Positions 19,854 through 30,229 of a DNA stretch of 64,000 nucleotides are shown here, one piece after another. The position numbers and the translations under genes are program-made. The first letter of the stretch is position 1, and each line of letters begins with the position of its first letter. The notes beneath the pieces are model-generated. The model did not search any database, had not been told where the DNA came from, and saw only the letters and a list, made by a program, of their open reading frames with translations. The stretch is from an uncultured Candidatus Binatia bacterium (lineage in GTDB: Bacteria; Desulfobacterota; Binatia; UBA9968; CAXXLF01), in the NCBI GenBank assembly GCA_965218425.1, contig OZ244621.1, positions 4,288,001 to 4,352,000 on the forward strand, in the 5' to 3' direction.

Positions 19854-20963
19854 TCAGCGGCTCCGCATTGCCTTCTGCCAGAACGCTGTCGCTTCGTTGA
19901 TGCTCTCGGCAACATCCGGTAGACTCTCGAGGAAGAAGTAGTTTCTCCCCTTCTTTCGGCGATCCTCCGGATCCACGTTGTCCTTTGGGATGTCTACGCG
20001 GAGCGAATCGGCCTTCGTTACCTTTTGGACCACTGACATCCCTTCCTTGGAAAGAAGCCAATTGACGAACAGCTTCGCCGCATTGGGGTGAGGCGCCCGG
20101 TTCAGGACTTGAACCGTGTGACCACCGATGCCCAGCCTCTCACCTTCCTTGAAGCCTTTGTCCAAGTTGGTCACCGGGAGTCCTTGTCTCTTTGCTTTTC
20201 GAACTTCGCTCCGAGAGCACCAGGGACAGATGGCAAAATCACCGCTACCTAACAGATCCACGGACTGTCGCGTGCTGGTTGCAATAAATGACGCCTTGAC
20301 GAGCTTACGCAGATAGTCCTTCCCGAGGACCTTCCATATGAACAAGAGGCTGGATGATCCCCCCCCACCACCGAGGTTCCGCACCACGAGCTTTCCCTTC
20401 CACTGGGGGTCAAAAAAGTCGGTATAGGAGTTCAGCTTACCCGGGTCCACCAGGCCAGTGTTGATGCCCGCGTCCGAACCCCCAGGGGTCGCAATGAAGG
20501 CAGCGGTCCATCGCTTTTCCTCATCAACCCAAGGGAACTTGCCCAGATACCACCCTTTTGCGTCAAGGACCTCCGGATTGATGAGCAGCGGCTTCAGGGG
20601 AGTAATCGCATTTGCTGGCCTTAACAAAGTGAGCGCGATATTTGATCCGCCTGTCCAGATATCAATCGTATTTTTCCCTGCACCACGCTCTGCCTTCACA
20701 CGCTCCCAGTTCTGCGTAGAGGAACCTGTGATGTTCATCTTTAGGTCGATTTTGAAGCGGGATTCAAATGCCTTCTCGAACTTCCTGGCATTTTTGCTGC
20801 GCGAGAGTAGATGACTAAAGAACCCATCGAGCTGACCCTCCTTCTCTGCTGCCGCTACCAGCTCGGCCCATTGCTGCTGAAAGCTAGCAGTGAACCCGCG
20901 CGGCACGAATACGATCATCGTACTAACTACCATAATCAATGTTAGTGCTAGTCGCGTTATCAT
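19854..20963 (-). CDS. ABC transporter substrate-binding protein, paralog of 16610-17701
   Basis: Signal peptide, SFQQQW.ELV.AAEKEG, SRSKNAR.FEKAFE, APHPNAAKLFVNWLL. Confidence 0.88.
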   Translation of the reverse strand: MITRLALTLIMVVSTMIVFVPRGFTASFQQQWAELVAAAEKEGQLDGFFSHLLSRSKNARKFEKAFESRFKIDLKMNITGSSTQNWERVKAERGAGKNTIDIWTGGSNIALTLLRPANAITPLKPLLINPEVLDAKGWYLGKFPWVDEEKRWTAAFIATPGGSDAGINTGLVDPGKLNSYTDFFDPQWKGKLVVRNLGGGGGSSSLLFIWKVLGKDYLRKLVKASFIATSTRQSVDLLGSGDFAICPWCSRSEVRKAKRQGLPVTNLDKGFKEGERLGIGGHTVQVLNRAPHPNAAKLFVNWLLSKEGMSVVQKVTKADSLRVDIPKDNVDPEDRRKKGRNYFFLESLPDVAESINEATAFWQKAMRSR

Positions 20964-21135
20964 CTTTTTCCCCTCCCTTTTATATTATGTTTTATGTATT
21001 GTAGCCACGAACCGCTCTTTTCTAACTGCTTCACGAAAAATCCCCGTCCATCATTATCCCCAACATCATATGGATTGTCGCCTGCCCTTAACGCCCGTCA
21101 TGAAACGGCAGTCATTCCTCCACCCCCACCCACCG

Positions 21136-21144
21136 ACTATAGCA
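21136..21144 (-). promoter_or_regulatory. Putative extended -10 promoter (TGCTATAGT) for the ABC genes
   Basis: TGnTATAnT match about 170 nt upstream of ATG 20963. Confidence 0.45.
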
Positions 21145-21200
21145 AAGCGTTGCTCTGTCTCTCTCCTCTGTTCTATCACTATGGGTTCCGCCAGGACTTC

Positions 21201-22280
21201 TTAGGGAGCACGCTTGTAGCGGGGGCGCGGCAGTATTACCTCGGCCCCGCTCGCCGCGCACTCTCGAGCATACATTTCGTATATCTCGGTGTCTTCCTCT
21301 TCGTAGGCGATACCCATCATTTCGCTTTCAGTGTTGTAGCCTTGGTTTGGTTTTTTTCTCGTATCGAGGGAACCCAAACGAATCGCTATGTACCGGGCGG
21401 AATGGGGGCTCGAGTTGAAATGTTGGTGGAATTGCCCCTCTTTGGGTGAGATGACAGAGCCTTCTTTCCAGTCCACTCGCTGGCGACGGTCCTCCTCACC
21501 CTCATACCACAGAAGGGAATAGCCCTTGCCGTCCACGATGATTACGTGTGCTCCAATCCCATGTCGGTGCGCCCGTTTGTAAGTACCAGGTGGGAAGGCG
21601 CTGCAGTGGCCTTCGCTCAGATTGTTCGACAACATCCAGAGCCGCCCTACCGCATCCTTGCCTCGACGCGACGGAAAAAGCTCCATGGTGCGAACGTCGG
21701 GGATAAAGTTGGTCTTCCACATGTTGTGGCTGATCATCTTGCCCTGGCCTCTGAAGAATTCCGGCGATCCATCAAATCTGTCCTCGAAAACATAAGGGTT
21801 CGAGAAAACAAACCCATTATTTCTGTAGATGTTGATGACCATGGGTGCATTGGTCACTGCAAATAGCCGGGTCGCCTCAGCCCCGTTCCCGTTGAACAAC
21901 TGGTAGTGGCAGTTAATGGGCGGAGAAAACACGCTGCCTGTCTGCCACTCAACGGTCTGTTGATCACCACCTTGCTGCCAAAACATCGTAGCGCCCCGGC
22001 CCTCAACAACATAATAGGAAGCCTCGAAGCAGTGGTGCAGCACTTCCGTCTTGCCGGCCGGCGCCAGCTCCAGCACCCACCCGTCGTCCTCCTGCTGGTC
22101 CGCCAAGTTCACGAAGGCACCCCGCTGGCCGATGCGCGGCCATGGAGCGAGCTCCGTGGTATGCAGGTCCGGCAAAAACGCGCCGGTGTGCACAGGGATG
22201 CCTTCAGCCTTTTGCCACTGCTGATAGGGGGTTTCCCATTTCCGATAACGCGGAATGTATTCGCTTTGCTCCTCTGCCAT
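21201..22280 (-). CDS. Bicupin protein, second copy
   Basis: HHCFEA, VEWQTGSVFSPP, RAHRHG, FHQHFN. Confidence 0.75.
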   Translation of the reverse strand: MAEEQSEYIPRYRKWETPYQQWQKAEGIPVHTGAFLPDLHTTELAPWPRIGQRGAFVNLADQQEDDGWVLELAPAGKTEVLHHCFEASYYVVEGRGATMFWQQGGDQQTVEWQTGSVFSPPINCHYQLFNGNGAEATRLFAVTNAPMVINIYRNNGFVFSNPYVFEDRFDGSPEFFRGQGKMISHNMWKTNFIPDVRTMELFPSRRGKDAVGRLWMLSNNLSEGHCSAFPPGTYKRAHRHGIGAHVIIVDGKGYSLLWYEGEEDRRQRVDWKEGSVISPKEGQFHQHFNSSPHSARYIAIRLGSLDTRKKPNQGYNTESEMMGIAYEEEDTEIYEMYARECAASGAEVILPRPRYKRAP

Positions 22281-22430
22281 ATACCATTCTCCTTGAAGAT
22301 TCCTTTTTCAGGCGCCTAGATACCAGTAGTAGCGAAGAAAGACCCCGCCTGAAGCTGTGGACCCGATCTATGTCAAAATTTGTTCTTATCCTATGTCAGC
22401 ATACGGCCATTCCCTGCCTGACGTTGGGCG

Positions 22431-23390
22431 CTATTGCCAATAGGCAAATGCGCAGGCGCAACCTGTGCCGGCCCGGGAGCGGTAGCATGGCTCATAGGCC
22501 ACCAGATTCATCGAAGCTTCACTTTCGTGAACCGCCCCCGCAGTCACGATCCAGTTGCGAATTTCGCCGTTACCAAAGTTGAAGCGATTCTCTGGAAGGC
22601 GGGTGAGTCGTACCTCGTCCTTCTCCTGCATGACCGAGAGCACCTCATGATCCAGCTCTTCATCGATAACCATATGGCTGAGCCCCCCTGTCCCAATGAC
22701 TGCCACTGTTTTCTCACTGTCCCAGGATTCGATGGCCCGACGCAGTCCCTTGCCCAAACTATAACACCGGCTGAGTGTGGGTTGGTTAGGGGCGTAGTAG
22801 GTATTCAAGAAAATTGGCACATGGGGTGGAACTCTGTTTTCCATGATGCGGGCATAAACAAAGTCAAACGCGTGACCTATGGAGCGACCCTCGGGTATTA
22901 CCCGCGTGTGGGACACGTCGAACGACTCAGCGTTTAAAGACGCAATAATATGCCGGCCTAAGTCCGGCTCACCTTGCCAAACGTTAGGACTTTTTTGAGC
23001 AGGCCGGCCACGGCTGCCGTGGGGAAAATGGCGCAACTCCTTACCCCAAAACACATCCACAGCCGGAATGTGATCCTCGGGCATGAAAACTTCGTGGGTG
23101 TCATCCCCCACAATCACCACAACATCCGGCGACACATGCTTCAGTGTCTCACTGAGGGTTGCAATGGCTTTCTGACAAACGTTGTGCCGTCGGTCAAATA
23201 CCTCTTGCTTGAGCTCTTTGTCTATCCAGGATTCTCGTTCTCGGACCATCGCATCGAGGTCCAAGTTCATGGGCATGCCTCCTCCAGTGGGACCCCGCAT
23301 ATCTCGCTCGCCAGATGCAGTCCACCGGTCAGAAGAGCCATTGAGACCTGGCGCATGAGAGGTCGCCATGCCTAGCACCATTTTCGCCAT
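22431..23390 (-). CDS. LigB-family extradiol dioxygenase, DesZ/LigZ-like
   Basis: LGMATSH, GDDTHE, GHAF, TGGLSH, GEIRNW, YRSRAGTG. Confidence 0.9.
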   Translation of the reverse strand: MAKMVLGMATSHAPGLNGSSDRWTASGERDMRGPTGGGMPMNLDLDAMVRERESWIDKELKQEVFDRRHNVCQKAIATLSETLKHVSPDVVVIVGDDTHEVFMPEDHIPAVDVFWGKELRHFPHGSRGRPAQKSPNVWQGEPDLGRHIIASLNAESFDVSHTRVIPEGRSIGHAFDFVYARIMENRVPPHVPIFLNTYYAPNQPTLSRCYSLGKGLRRAIESWDSEKTVAVIGTGGLSHMVIDEELDHEVLSVMQEKDEVRLTRLPENRFNFGNGEIRNWIVTAGAVHESEASMNLVAYEPCYRSRAGTGCACAFAYWQ

Positions 23391-23541
23391 GTTTTCCTCC
23401 TTTGGTCGCCTTTCCCGTCACCGGCTCGGGCAGGCGACAGCCCATTTTATCTCTTGCATCTTCTCCAGGCGTAAAGTTGCCGAAATCAAAATTTCCGCGT
23501 TGTACATAGAATTCAGAGCTCCCTTTTTTTAATAACCGCCA

Positions 23542-23994
23542 TCAATCACCAAGCGCCAGAGCCACTACCGCCTGGATGCGCTCGTGGCGAAGCCCGGCTG
23601 GGGCGACGTTCAGCACGTGGTAGGTGGGTCGCCGCGCTGGGTCAGGGAAGTTCTTAGCTATCTGGTTGTGTGCCGTAGGCCGGTAAGCGTCATCCATCAC
23701 ATAAAGGGTGAGACAGATGATATCCGACAGAGTCCCTCCGGCGGCTTCCGCAAATTGGCGGATGTGGCGGAATAGAACTTCCGCCTCCTCCTCCACTCGC
23801 TCAGGCAAGCGACGCTTCGGATCGCGCGCATTCTCGTCGTGGCCGGACATCATTGAAGAGAATGCAAGGCTACCTTTTGCCTGACGCTTCACCTTCATTG
23901 CGGGTGGGATCACACCACGGGCGATCTGGCCGGTACTTTCCGCCGCTCCCTCGGGACGCCGGACAAACTCTACAAGCTCACGAACATTGCCCAT
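23542..23994 (-). CDS. RidA/YjgF-family protein, single domain, lacking the catalytic Arg
   Basis: LF.HI..F.EAAGGTLSDI..LT.YV, FPDPARRPTYH. Confidence 0.75.
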   Translation of the reverse strand: MGNVRELVEFVRRPEGAAESTGQIARGVIPPAMKVKRQAKGSLAFSSMMSGHDENARDPKRRLPERVEEEAEVLFRHIRQFAEAAGGTLSDIICLTLYVMDDAYRPTAHNQIAKNFPDPARRPTYHVLNVAPAGLRHERIQAVVALALGD

Positions 23995-24030
23995 TTAATT
24001 AGACCTCCGTGTTAAATTTCCAACAGCTCA

Positions 24031-24813
24031 TTAATAGCGGCGGACCTCTCGCACCGCCTTGATATACTCCTCTGCACCGTCGTACATAACTTTCGCAAGG
24101 TTAAGACCATGGCGAGGTGGCCCATCCAGGGTTGCCACGCTGTAGGTGAAGCCGGTAATTCGCCCATCTGCCTCGGGCCCGGCGTGGGACGACCCGCCAA
24201 GCACGGGAATGGCGACCTTGCGAGATACCTCGGCGTAGATCTCCGGGTTCTTCACATGCGTGAGGTCGAGCAAGGAAGCACCAATCTCCTCCAGCAGTCT
24301 GGCCTCCTCGAGGATGCGGTTGTGCTCGCGGTTAGCGTCTGCTTCGGAAACATTGTCGAAACTGCCGATCTTTAACGTCGACTGAGGTGAGAAACCGAAC
24401 TGCGTCCAGACGGGGATGCCGGTCTTGACGATGGCTCGCACCGAGTCAATGTTAGCCACGGCGTTGTCGATTTTGACCATCTCGGCGTGACCCTCCTTGA
24501 CCAACCGGATTGCGGCACGCACCGCTGCATCCGGCCCCTCTTGGGGCGGTCCAAACGGCATGTCGCAATTCACTAGGGCCCGCTTCGCGCCACGGCTAAC
24601 GGCACCACAAGCCAATACCATGAGGTCAACGGTGGTTTCGTGGTGAGTTAGCTGGCCAAAGCGGTTGCGGCCGATGCTATCGCCTACAGTCAGGATATCG
24701 ATGCCGACCCGGTCGAGGATCTGGGCTTGCTGAAAGTCGTATGTAATGGCCGCCGCGATCTTCACTCCGTCGCGCTTCATCCGCTGAATATCAGCAACAT
24801 TAAGCTTTGCCAT
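24031..24813 (-). CDS. PanB-fold protein, divergent active site (subtype 2)
   Basis: ITYDF, VGDSIGRN, CDMPF, MVKIDN, VWTQFG, LDLTHV. Confidence 0.85.
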   Translation of the reverse strand: MAKLNVADIQRMKRDGVKIAAAITYDFQQAQILDRVGIDILTVGDSIGRNRFGQLTHHETTVDLMVLACGAVSRGAKRALVNCDMPFGPPQEGPDAAVRAAIRLVKEGHAEMVKIDNAVANIDSVRAIVKTGIPVWTQFGFSPQSTLKIGSFDNVSEADANREHNRILEEARLLEEIGASLLDLTHVKNPEIYAEVSRKVAIPVLGGSSHAGPEADGRITGFTYSVATLDGPPRHGLNLAKVMYDGAEEYIKAVREVRRY

Positions 24814-24855
24814 CCTTCACCTCCCGTGCTCCATGCTCTGTGCTGGGATAATCTC

Positions 24856-26079
24856 CTACACCGACGTTGCCCAAAATCGGCGCCAATCCACAGACTGTGG
24901 AACCAAATCGGACCGTACAACCAGTTCGTTCAATGACGAAAACGATGCCTCATCGGTGAGCGGGGGAGGCTTACCTTCCTGAATTTCGAGTATAGCGTTA
25001 AGCAGCTTTTTGCGAGTGACAATGATGGCTTTGTCGCAATAGCCCAAGTGTTCCTCCGTCCGATCTTGAATAGCACCCTCACCCTCAGTCGCCCACAAAT
25101 CCTGTGCCTGGAACGAAGGTCCCATCCCGGTAAATGTCTTAGTTTTCATCTCCTCTGGATCCTGGAGATACCGATTGTGCTTTCCTCGATCCAACCGGTA
25201 AAACGCATCCACAGGGTTTCGGTCCCAAGCCACAGCAGCCTTGTCCAAGGGCGCGCTCCGGCGAAACATAAGAACATACTTCCAGTGATGTTCATCATCA
25301 ACCGGCACATGCCAATTTACCGTGTATCCATCCGCCAAACCGGTCCCAATGGCACAGAGACTTGGAAAAACAAAATAGGTTATCCGAACATAATGCTTGT
25401 CCGGAGGTACTGCCCGTACCGAAAAAACACGGACACCAAAAGGGGTTTCTTCCGCCTCGACAATGGCAGAGGGATCGCCCCAAATATATCTGATATATTT
25501 GGGAGTCGATTCGGACTCTAATTGGCGATGAAGATAGGTGCTATGGACGGGGTCGATATTGCCTTCGGCAGCCTGCAAATAATTACAGTCATGCCATATC
25601 TTGCTACTGAATCGATATTCTTCCTTAGCTTCCAGAAACTCAAAGGGAGGTATGGGCGGTGGCTGACCCAGACCCATATAGGTCAGGATTAACCCGCCAA
25701 CTTCTCTGCAGGGAAAACTTTTTTGTCTGATTTTGTCTTGGAAGCGGCTCCCCTCTGGTTCACCTGGCTGTTCGAGACACCTGCCGTTCGTGTCGTAGAG
25801 CCACCCGTGATAAAGGCACCGTAAGCCGCCGTTCTCAATTCGCCCGTAGCTCAAATCTGCGCCCCTGTGCGCACAGTGGATCCCAAGAAGCCCGATCCGA
25901 TTACGGTCATCGCGAAAAAGAGCTAGATCTTCCCCAAGAAGCCGGACGGCCAATGGCCGACCTCCCGATGGCAACTCGTCCGCTAACGCGACGGGTTGCC
26001 AATACCGTCGCATGAATTCGCCAGCAGGAGTACCCGGACCTACGCGTGTAACGAGGTCGTTGTCGTGACGGCTAAGCAT
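24856..26079 (-). CDS. Rieske oxygenase large subunit (phthalate 4,5-dioxygenase-like)
   Basis: CAH...CLYH, EGNIDPVH...LH, AQD. Confidence 0.9.
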   Translation of the reverse strand: MLSRHDNDLVTRVGPGTPAGEFMRRYWQPVALADELPSGGRPLAVRLLGEDLALFRDDRNRIGLLGIHCAHRGADLSYGRIENGGLRCLYHGWLYDTNGRCLEQPGEPEGSRFQDKIRQKSFPCREVGGLILTYMGLGQPPPIPPFEFLEAKEEYRFSSKIWHDCNYLQAAEGNIDPVHSTYLHRQLESESTPKYIRYIWGDPSAIVEAEETPFGVRVFSVRAVPPDKHYVRITYFVFPSLCAIGTGLADGYTVNWHVPVDDEHHWKYVLMFRRSAPLDKAAVAWDRNPVDAFYRLDRGKHNRYLQDPEEMKTKTFTGMGPSFQAQDLWATEGEGAIQDRTEEHLGYCDKAIIVTRKKLLNAILEIQEGKPPPLTDEASFSSLNELVVRSDLVPQSVDWRRFWATSV

Positions 26080-26193
26080 ATACTACCCCCCTCTTACGTG
26101 GAGCTGTCTAGACGAATCCTTCCGTGAACATTCCCTCCAAATAATACCAATGAAACTGCCTCAGAATAACAAAGACCGAACAAAACGGGGCGG

Positions 26194-26222
26194 ACTATAA
26201 ACCCGCACTAAATCTTTGTCAA
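26194..26222 (-). promoter_or_regulatory. Sigma70 promoter TTGACA-N17-TATAGT
   Basis: Near-consensus -35/-10 with 17-nt spacer, about 115 nt upstream of ATG 26079. Confidence 0.7.
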
Positions 26223-26517
26223 CCAAAATGGCGCCAAGTACCTAAAAGTCTTCAAATAGGGCAGCCGAGAAGCGACTGGCAGGCCAGATTCTTGTGAGCA
26301 CTTGCGGCGTCTGAGCGCGGCAAATGTCTTGCATGGGGACTATATCAGGCTGCGAAGTGACAGCATCCTATGCCCATCTGCGGAGATGAACCGACAGGGA
26401 GAAATTTCAGTTCAAGACATACACGATATTCTTTCTTCCGTAGTATCGAGAAGGGGTTCCCAGCGTACTTACATACATCAATGAAGCCATGGCATCACCG
26501 TAATTTTTTTCGACGTC

Positions 26518-27519
26518 CTAGTTTGGCGCCGCTATGGGTCTATCTAACTTAAAGAGCTTCCTGGCATTATCCTCGAAAATCTTCCGCCGATCCTGCTCCG
26601 TCAACCACTCAATTTCCTCGATAACGGGTTTTAAATCGTCCATCTGGCGGCCAGTATCGGGATGAGTTTTACTACCCGTGCCCGGATTCTCCGTCGAAAA
26701 CATGCACCGGTCAGGTCCCATCACTTTGAACAAGAGTTCCAACGACTCTTTGGTATAAATGCAAGTATCGTAATGCAGTTTTTTGACCGCGTCCTCAAAA
26801 CGTTCCGGAGAACGCCCATATCTCGATGCCATAAACCGACCCATTTGATAAGGGATAGCTCCCCCTCCATGGGAAATAATTAGCTTGAGGCTTGGAAAAT
26901 CTTTAAAAACCTGTGAGTCCAGCAAGGACATGATCGCGATACTCTCCTCAGTAATGAAGTGTAAACTGTAACTCATACGGCTGGACTGGCAACTGGATGA
27001 GTGCACCAATGCAGGGATGTCCAATTCCACCAGCTTCTCGTAGAGCGGGTACCAGAACTCATCTCCCATAGCTGGAGTCTCCTCACCACCCATTTCCCCG
27101 GGGTCCGGGTTGATAAGGCAACCGATAAAGCCAAACTCCTTGACGCAGCGCTCCAGCTCCTCGAAGCAGTTTTTTGGACTTTCCCCGGGGGACTGCGGCA
27201 AGCCACAAACACCCCTAAACTTGTCGGGGTGCAATTTTACCTGCCTGGCAATGATATTGTTGGTTTCTTCCATCCACCACCGTACGAGCTTCTCAGGTTT
27301 GGCATAGTGCATCATCAGGTTCGGCCGAGGCGATATGAATTGCATGTCGGTTCCAGCCTCATGAATACGACTCAGGTGGCGCTGAAGGGCCGATTCCAAC
27401 TCCTCGTCGCTCGCGTTCACACCACCACGTCCGTGATTCCCGCGGTGACCAAGCAACATAGACCGGTAGTAGTGCCACTTGCGTGGTGCGCTGACATGAG
27501 CATGAATATCGATAACCAT
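26518..27519 (-). CDS. ligY: Amidohydrolase-fold meta-cleavage-product C-C hydrolase, LigY-like
   Basis: IDIHAHVSAP...HRGNHGRGG...TDMQFISPRP...YSLHFI.EE...SHGGGAIPYQMGRF...TENPG.GS follows the recalled Sphingobium LigY pattern more closely than LigJ. Start at ATG 27519 (GAGGAGG SD). Confidence 0.75.
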   Translation of the reverse strand: MVIDIHAHVSAPRKWHYYRSMLLGHRGNHGRGGVNASDEELESALQRHLSRIHEAGTDMQFISPRPNLMMHYAKPEKLVRWWMEETNNIIARQVKLHPDKFRGVCGLPQSPGESPKNCFEELERCVKEFGFIGCLINPDPGEMGGEETPAMGDEFWYPLYEKLVELDIPALVHSSSCQSSRMSYSLHFITEESIAIMSLLDSQVFKDFPSLKLIISHGGGAIPYQMGRFMASRYGRSPERFEDAVKKLHYDTCIYTKESLELLFKVMGPDRCMFSTENPGTGSKTHPDTGRQMDDLKPVIEEIEWLTEQDRRKIFEDNARKLFKLDRPIAAPN

Positions 27520-27715
27520 TGAAATCAACCTCCTCGTTATTTCGATTTCTACCGGAACTCACTCAGTGGTTGCATGTTAGAGATATAGGTTATTCGTCAA
27601 AGAACATGAAAGTGTAAAAAGTGTTGTCCTCCCCTGCATGTGGTTTTAGTTGGCACAGTCCGCCGAAGAGACTTGTGGCAGTGGGTGATCGATTGGGCTG
27701 TTATCGATTGTTTCG

Positions 27716-28138
27716 TCATGGACTCTTGACGCAGGCAACGACCACGGCGGCAAACCGCCCCTCTTTCAAACCAACAGGCGCGGCATTGAATACGTGGGAT
27801 GACGGCCGGCTGTCGGGGTCCGCGAAGATCCGGTGGAATTCCTTCCGAACTAGCGCGGAGTGGGCTATCTCATCCGCCACATAGAAGGTGAGGTCGATGA
27901 TTTCTTTTACGGACCCGCCTGCCGCTTTCATGAAGCCTGTGATATGGCGAAAGAGCATGGCTACCTCGCCCTCAGCAGACGCAGGATAACTGGATGTGAA
28001 CTCGTCACGACCAGCCAGTAGAGATGAATGAACCAGTTGCCCTTGACCCCGCCACGGAATCTTGACCCCTGACGGAACTTCTAACCCAATATTCGCTACT
28101 CCCGCACGGTAGTCGATCACGCGTCTTTCGCTTGCCAT
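27716..28138 (-). CDS. RidA/YjgF-family protein, single domain, lacking the catalytic Arg
   Basis: LFRHI..FMKAAGGSV..I..LTFYV, FADPDSRPSSH. Confidence 0.72.
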   Translation of the reverse strand: MASERRVIDYRAGVANIGLEVPSGVKIPWRGQGQLVHSSLLAGRDEFTSSYPASAEGEVAMLFRHITGFMKAAGGSVKEIIDLTFYVADEIAHSALVRKEFHRIFADPDSRPSSHVFNAAPVGLKEGRFAAVVVACVKSP

Positions 28139-28205
28139 TTAGCACCTCGTGAAGATGTTTCCCCCCTACGCTTTGCTGCGCCTCCATGGAGCCACCGGAT
28201 TCGAG

Positions 28206-28961
28206 CTACAGAACCGCCATGGCCACTACAGAGAAAAACTCGCCAGCGTGCAGTGCCTGTGGTCGCACGTACGTCTGGCGGGCCGGCAGGTTCATGACGT
28301 CAGGCCACAGCCGGGCCCAGGGCTCATCGAATGCCTTGCGACAGCTCTCGGAGTGAAGCAAACCCGACACGTTGAGGATGCTATCCAGCGTACCGTCGTG
28401 GGCTTCCACCCATTTTCTGATCTGGTCGAACATGGTCGTGGACTGTTCGAAAGGACTGGTTGATAGGGCCCCGGTTGCAGGATCACGGCCTGTGAAGGTC
28501 GGAGAGTATATTAGCCTTCCTTTGGCGTCTCCAGACGCCGCGCGACCCGGTAACACAGCCATCGCGGTTGCAGCCATGGGCCAGTGACGGTGAACACCCT
28601 CTGGATAGACGTTGAGGATACGACAGGCTGGTCGATTGCTAGGGTCTTGGAACATCGCCTGCCATTGTCGCCGAATCGATGATGTTACATTGCCATCGGT
28701 ATCATCTCGGTTGAGGTAGATGGCGAAGTCGATAATATGGTCGACTGTTCCACCGGCTGCCTCAACGTTGCGGCGTATGCGTCGAAAGAGCCACTCGGCG
28801 TCCTCTTCTAGAGTACCCTCGCCAACCTTTGTTGGCCGCGCGTTACTGGTGGGTCCGCATAGCGAAGTATACAGGAGGTCGCCGACGATGGTTAACTCCG
28901 GCACTGGGGACCCAGGACGCCGGTGACCCTCTACCTCCAGGACCTCTCTCATTACGGTCAT
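28206..28961 (-). CDS. RidA/YjgF-family protein, tandem two-domain
   Basis: Two repeats: EAAGGTVDHI...FQDPSNRPACR and EAHDGTLDSI...WPDVMNLPARQ. Confidence 0.75.
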   Translation of the reverse strand: MTVMREVLEVEGHRRPGSPVPELTIVGDLLYTSLCGPTSNARPTKVGEGTLEEDAEWLFRRIRRNVEAAGGTVDHIIDFAIYLNRDDTDGNVTSSIRRQWQAMFQDPSNRPACRILNVYPEGVHRHWPMAATAMAVLPGRAASGDAKGRLIYSPTFTGRDPATGALSTSPFEQSTTMFDQIRKWVEAHDGTLDSILNVSGLLHSESCRKAFDEPWARLWPDVMNLPARQTYVRPQALHAGEFFSVVAMAVL

Positions 28962-28976
28962 CTGTCCTCCTCCTAG

Positions 28977-30140
28977 CTAGCGAGTGCGACGTACCAGACG
29001 TAAGCCTTCTGACAGGTTGGTGTCGATGATCTCATGATCTGGGTCTCTCACCACCGCCAGCGGATCAAGCCCTTGTCTGACCTTCTCGATGTTATCTTTT
29101 AACATATGACGGTACAGTACGATGCCACGATCAGAACCGCCCAAATGCTCCGCTGTTCGGTTCGAGATAGGCCCCTGGGTCTCCCACGCCATATGATCTT
29201 GTGCAGCAAAAACCCTGGATTCGGGTGGTAACTTGAACCGCGTATTGGGGTGTATCCCATACGGGGGATCTTTGTATGCAGGATTATACGTGACCGCCGA
29301 CTCTTGGTTCTCCGTCAATTCGCGGTCATCTGATGGAATAAATTGAACACGAAAGATCATCGTTTGGGTATCATCCACCGGCACTCTTATCTGGGTCCCA
29401 TCACCTTGCCTAAGAACGTTGGGAAAGATCAGAGGATGATCGTCACCGGCACCAGCACCCGTACCCTCCTTCCACACACGGCGCTTCATAATTCCGTACG
29501 GGACCAGATAGAATTCGAATTCCTCCACCAACTCAGTGAGGCCTACCGTCGTATCCCTCGCTTTTCCCCTGGTTCGAATTAACTCTTGGTGCAGTACAGA
29601 TGAGTGGGCAGGATCTACAGAGTTTTCCATGGCCTGGAGCCAGTTACAGTCCAGATGGGGATCCACTTGGATGTGGCGGTGGCCATCAGATCGGGCCCAA
29701 ACATCGTATTTAGGAATCACCGGCGCAGGCAGTGGACCCATGTAGGCCCAATACAGCCCGATATGCTTTTTCACTGGATAGGCCTTTTGTCGAACCGAAT
29801 CCATAATCCCCGTGTTTCGCTCTGCCGGTGTCGCAATGATTTTTCCCTCTGTATCATACAGCCATCCGTGGTACGCACATGCGAGCCCCCGCTCCTCAAC
29901 TCGCCCGTACAGCAGGGACGCGCCTCGATGTGCACAGTGCTCAGCGAGCAAGCCGACACGTCCGCGCTTGTCCCGGAAAAGCACCAGGTCTTCTCCAAGC
30001 ACCCGGACGAACCTCGTCGGATGCTCTTCATTCAACTCTTGTGCAACAGCAATGGGATGCCAGTAACGGCGCAGGAGCTCTCCCGCAGGTGTGCCCGGGC
30101 CGATCTGGGTTAACAATTCGTTTTCTTCTCTTGTCAACAT
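28977..30140 (-). CDS. Rieske oxygenase large subunit (LigXa-like subtype)
   Basis: CAH...CAYH, QAMENSVDPAH...LH, AQDHMAWETQG. Confidence 0.9.
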   Translation of the reverse strand: MLTREENELLTQIGPGTPAGELLRRYWHPIAVAQELNEEHPTRFVRVLGEDLVLFRDKRGRVGLLAEHCAHRGASLLYGRVEERGLACAYHGWLYDTEGKIIATPAERNTGIMDSVRQKAYPVKKHIGLYWAYMGPLPAPVIPKYDVWARSDGHRHIQVDPHLDCNWLQAMENSVDPAHSSVLHQELIRTRGKARDTTVGLTELVEEFEFYLVPYGIMKRRVWKEGTGAGAGDDHPLIFPNVLRQGDGTQIRVPVDDTQTMIFRVQFIPSDDRELTENQESAVTYNPAYKDPPYGIHPNTRFKLPPESRVFAAQDHMAWETQGPISNRTAEHLGGSDRGIVLYRHMLKDNIEKVRQGLDPLAVVRDPDHEIIDTNLSEGLRLVRRTR

Positions 30141-30229
30141 TTAAGCCTCCCAGGTCTGTATTATCTGGAGAACGAAGGTTCGGTATTTAATCGCATGGCC
30201 ATGCAGGGCCTCTTCCGACCACGTCTGAT

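Noticed and set aside
26518..27519. LigJ (4-oxalomesaconate hydratase) assignment
   Set aside because: HVSAP, HRG.HGRGG, YSLHFI.EE and E.PG.GS fit the recalled LigY pattern better than LigJ (HYTTAP, AHYLN, SEMIGA).
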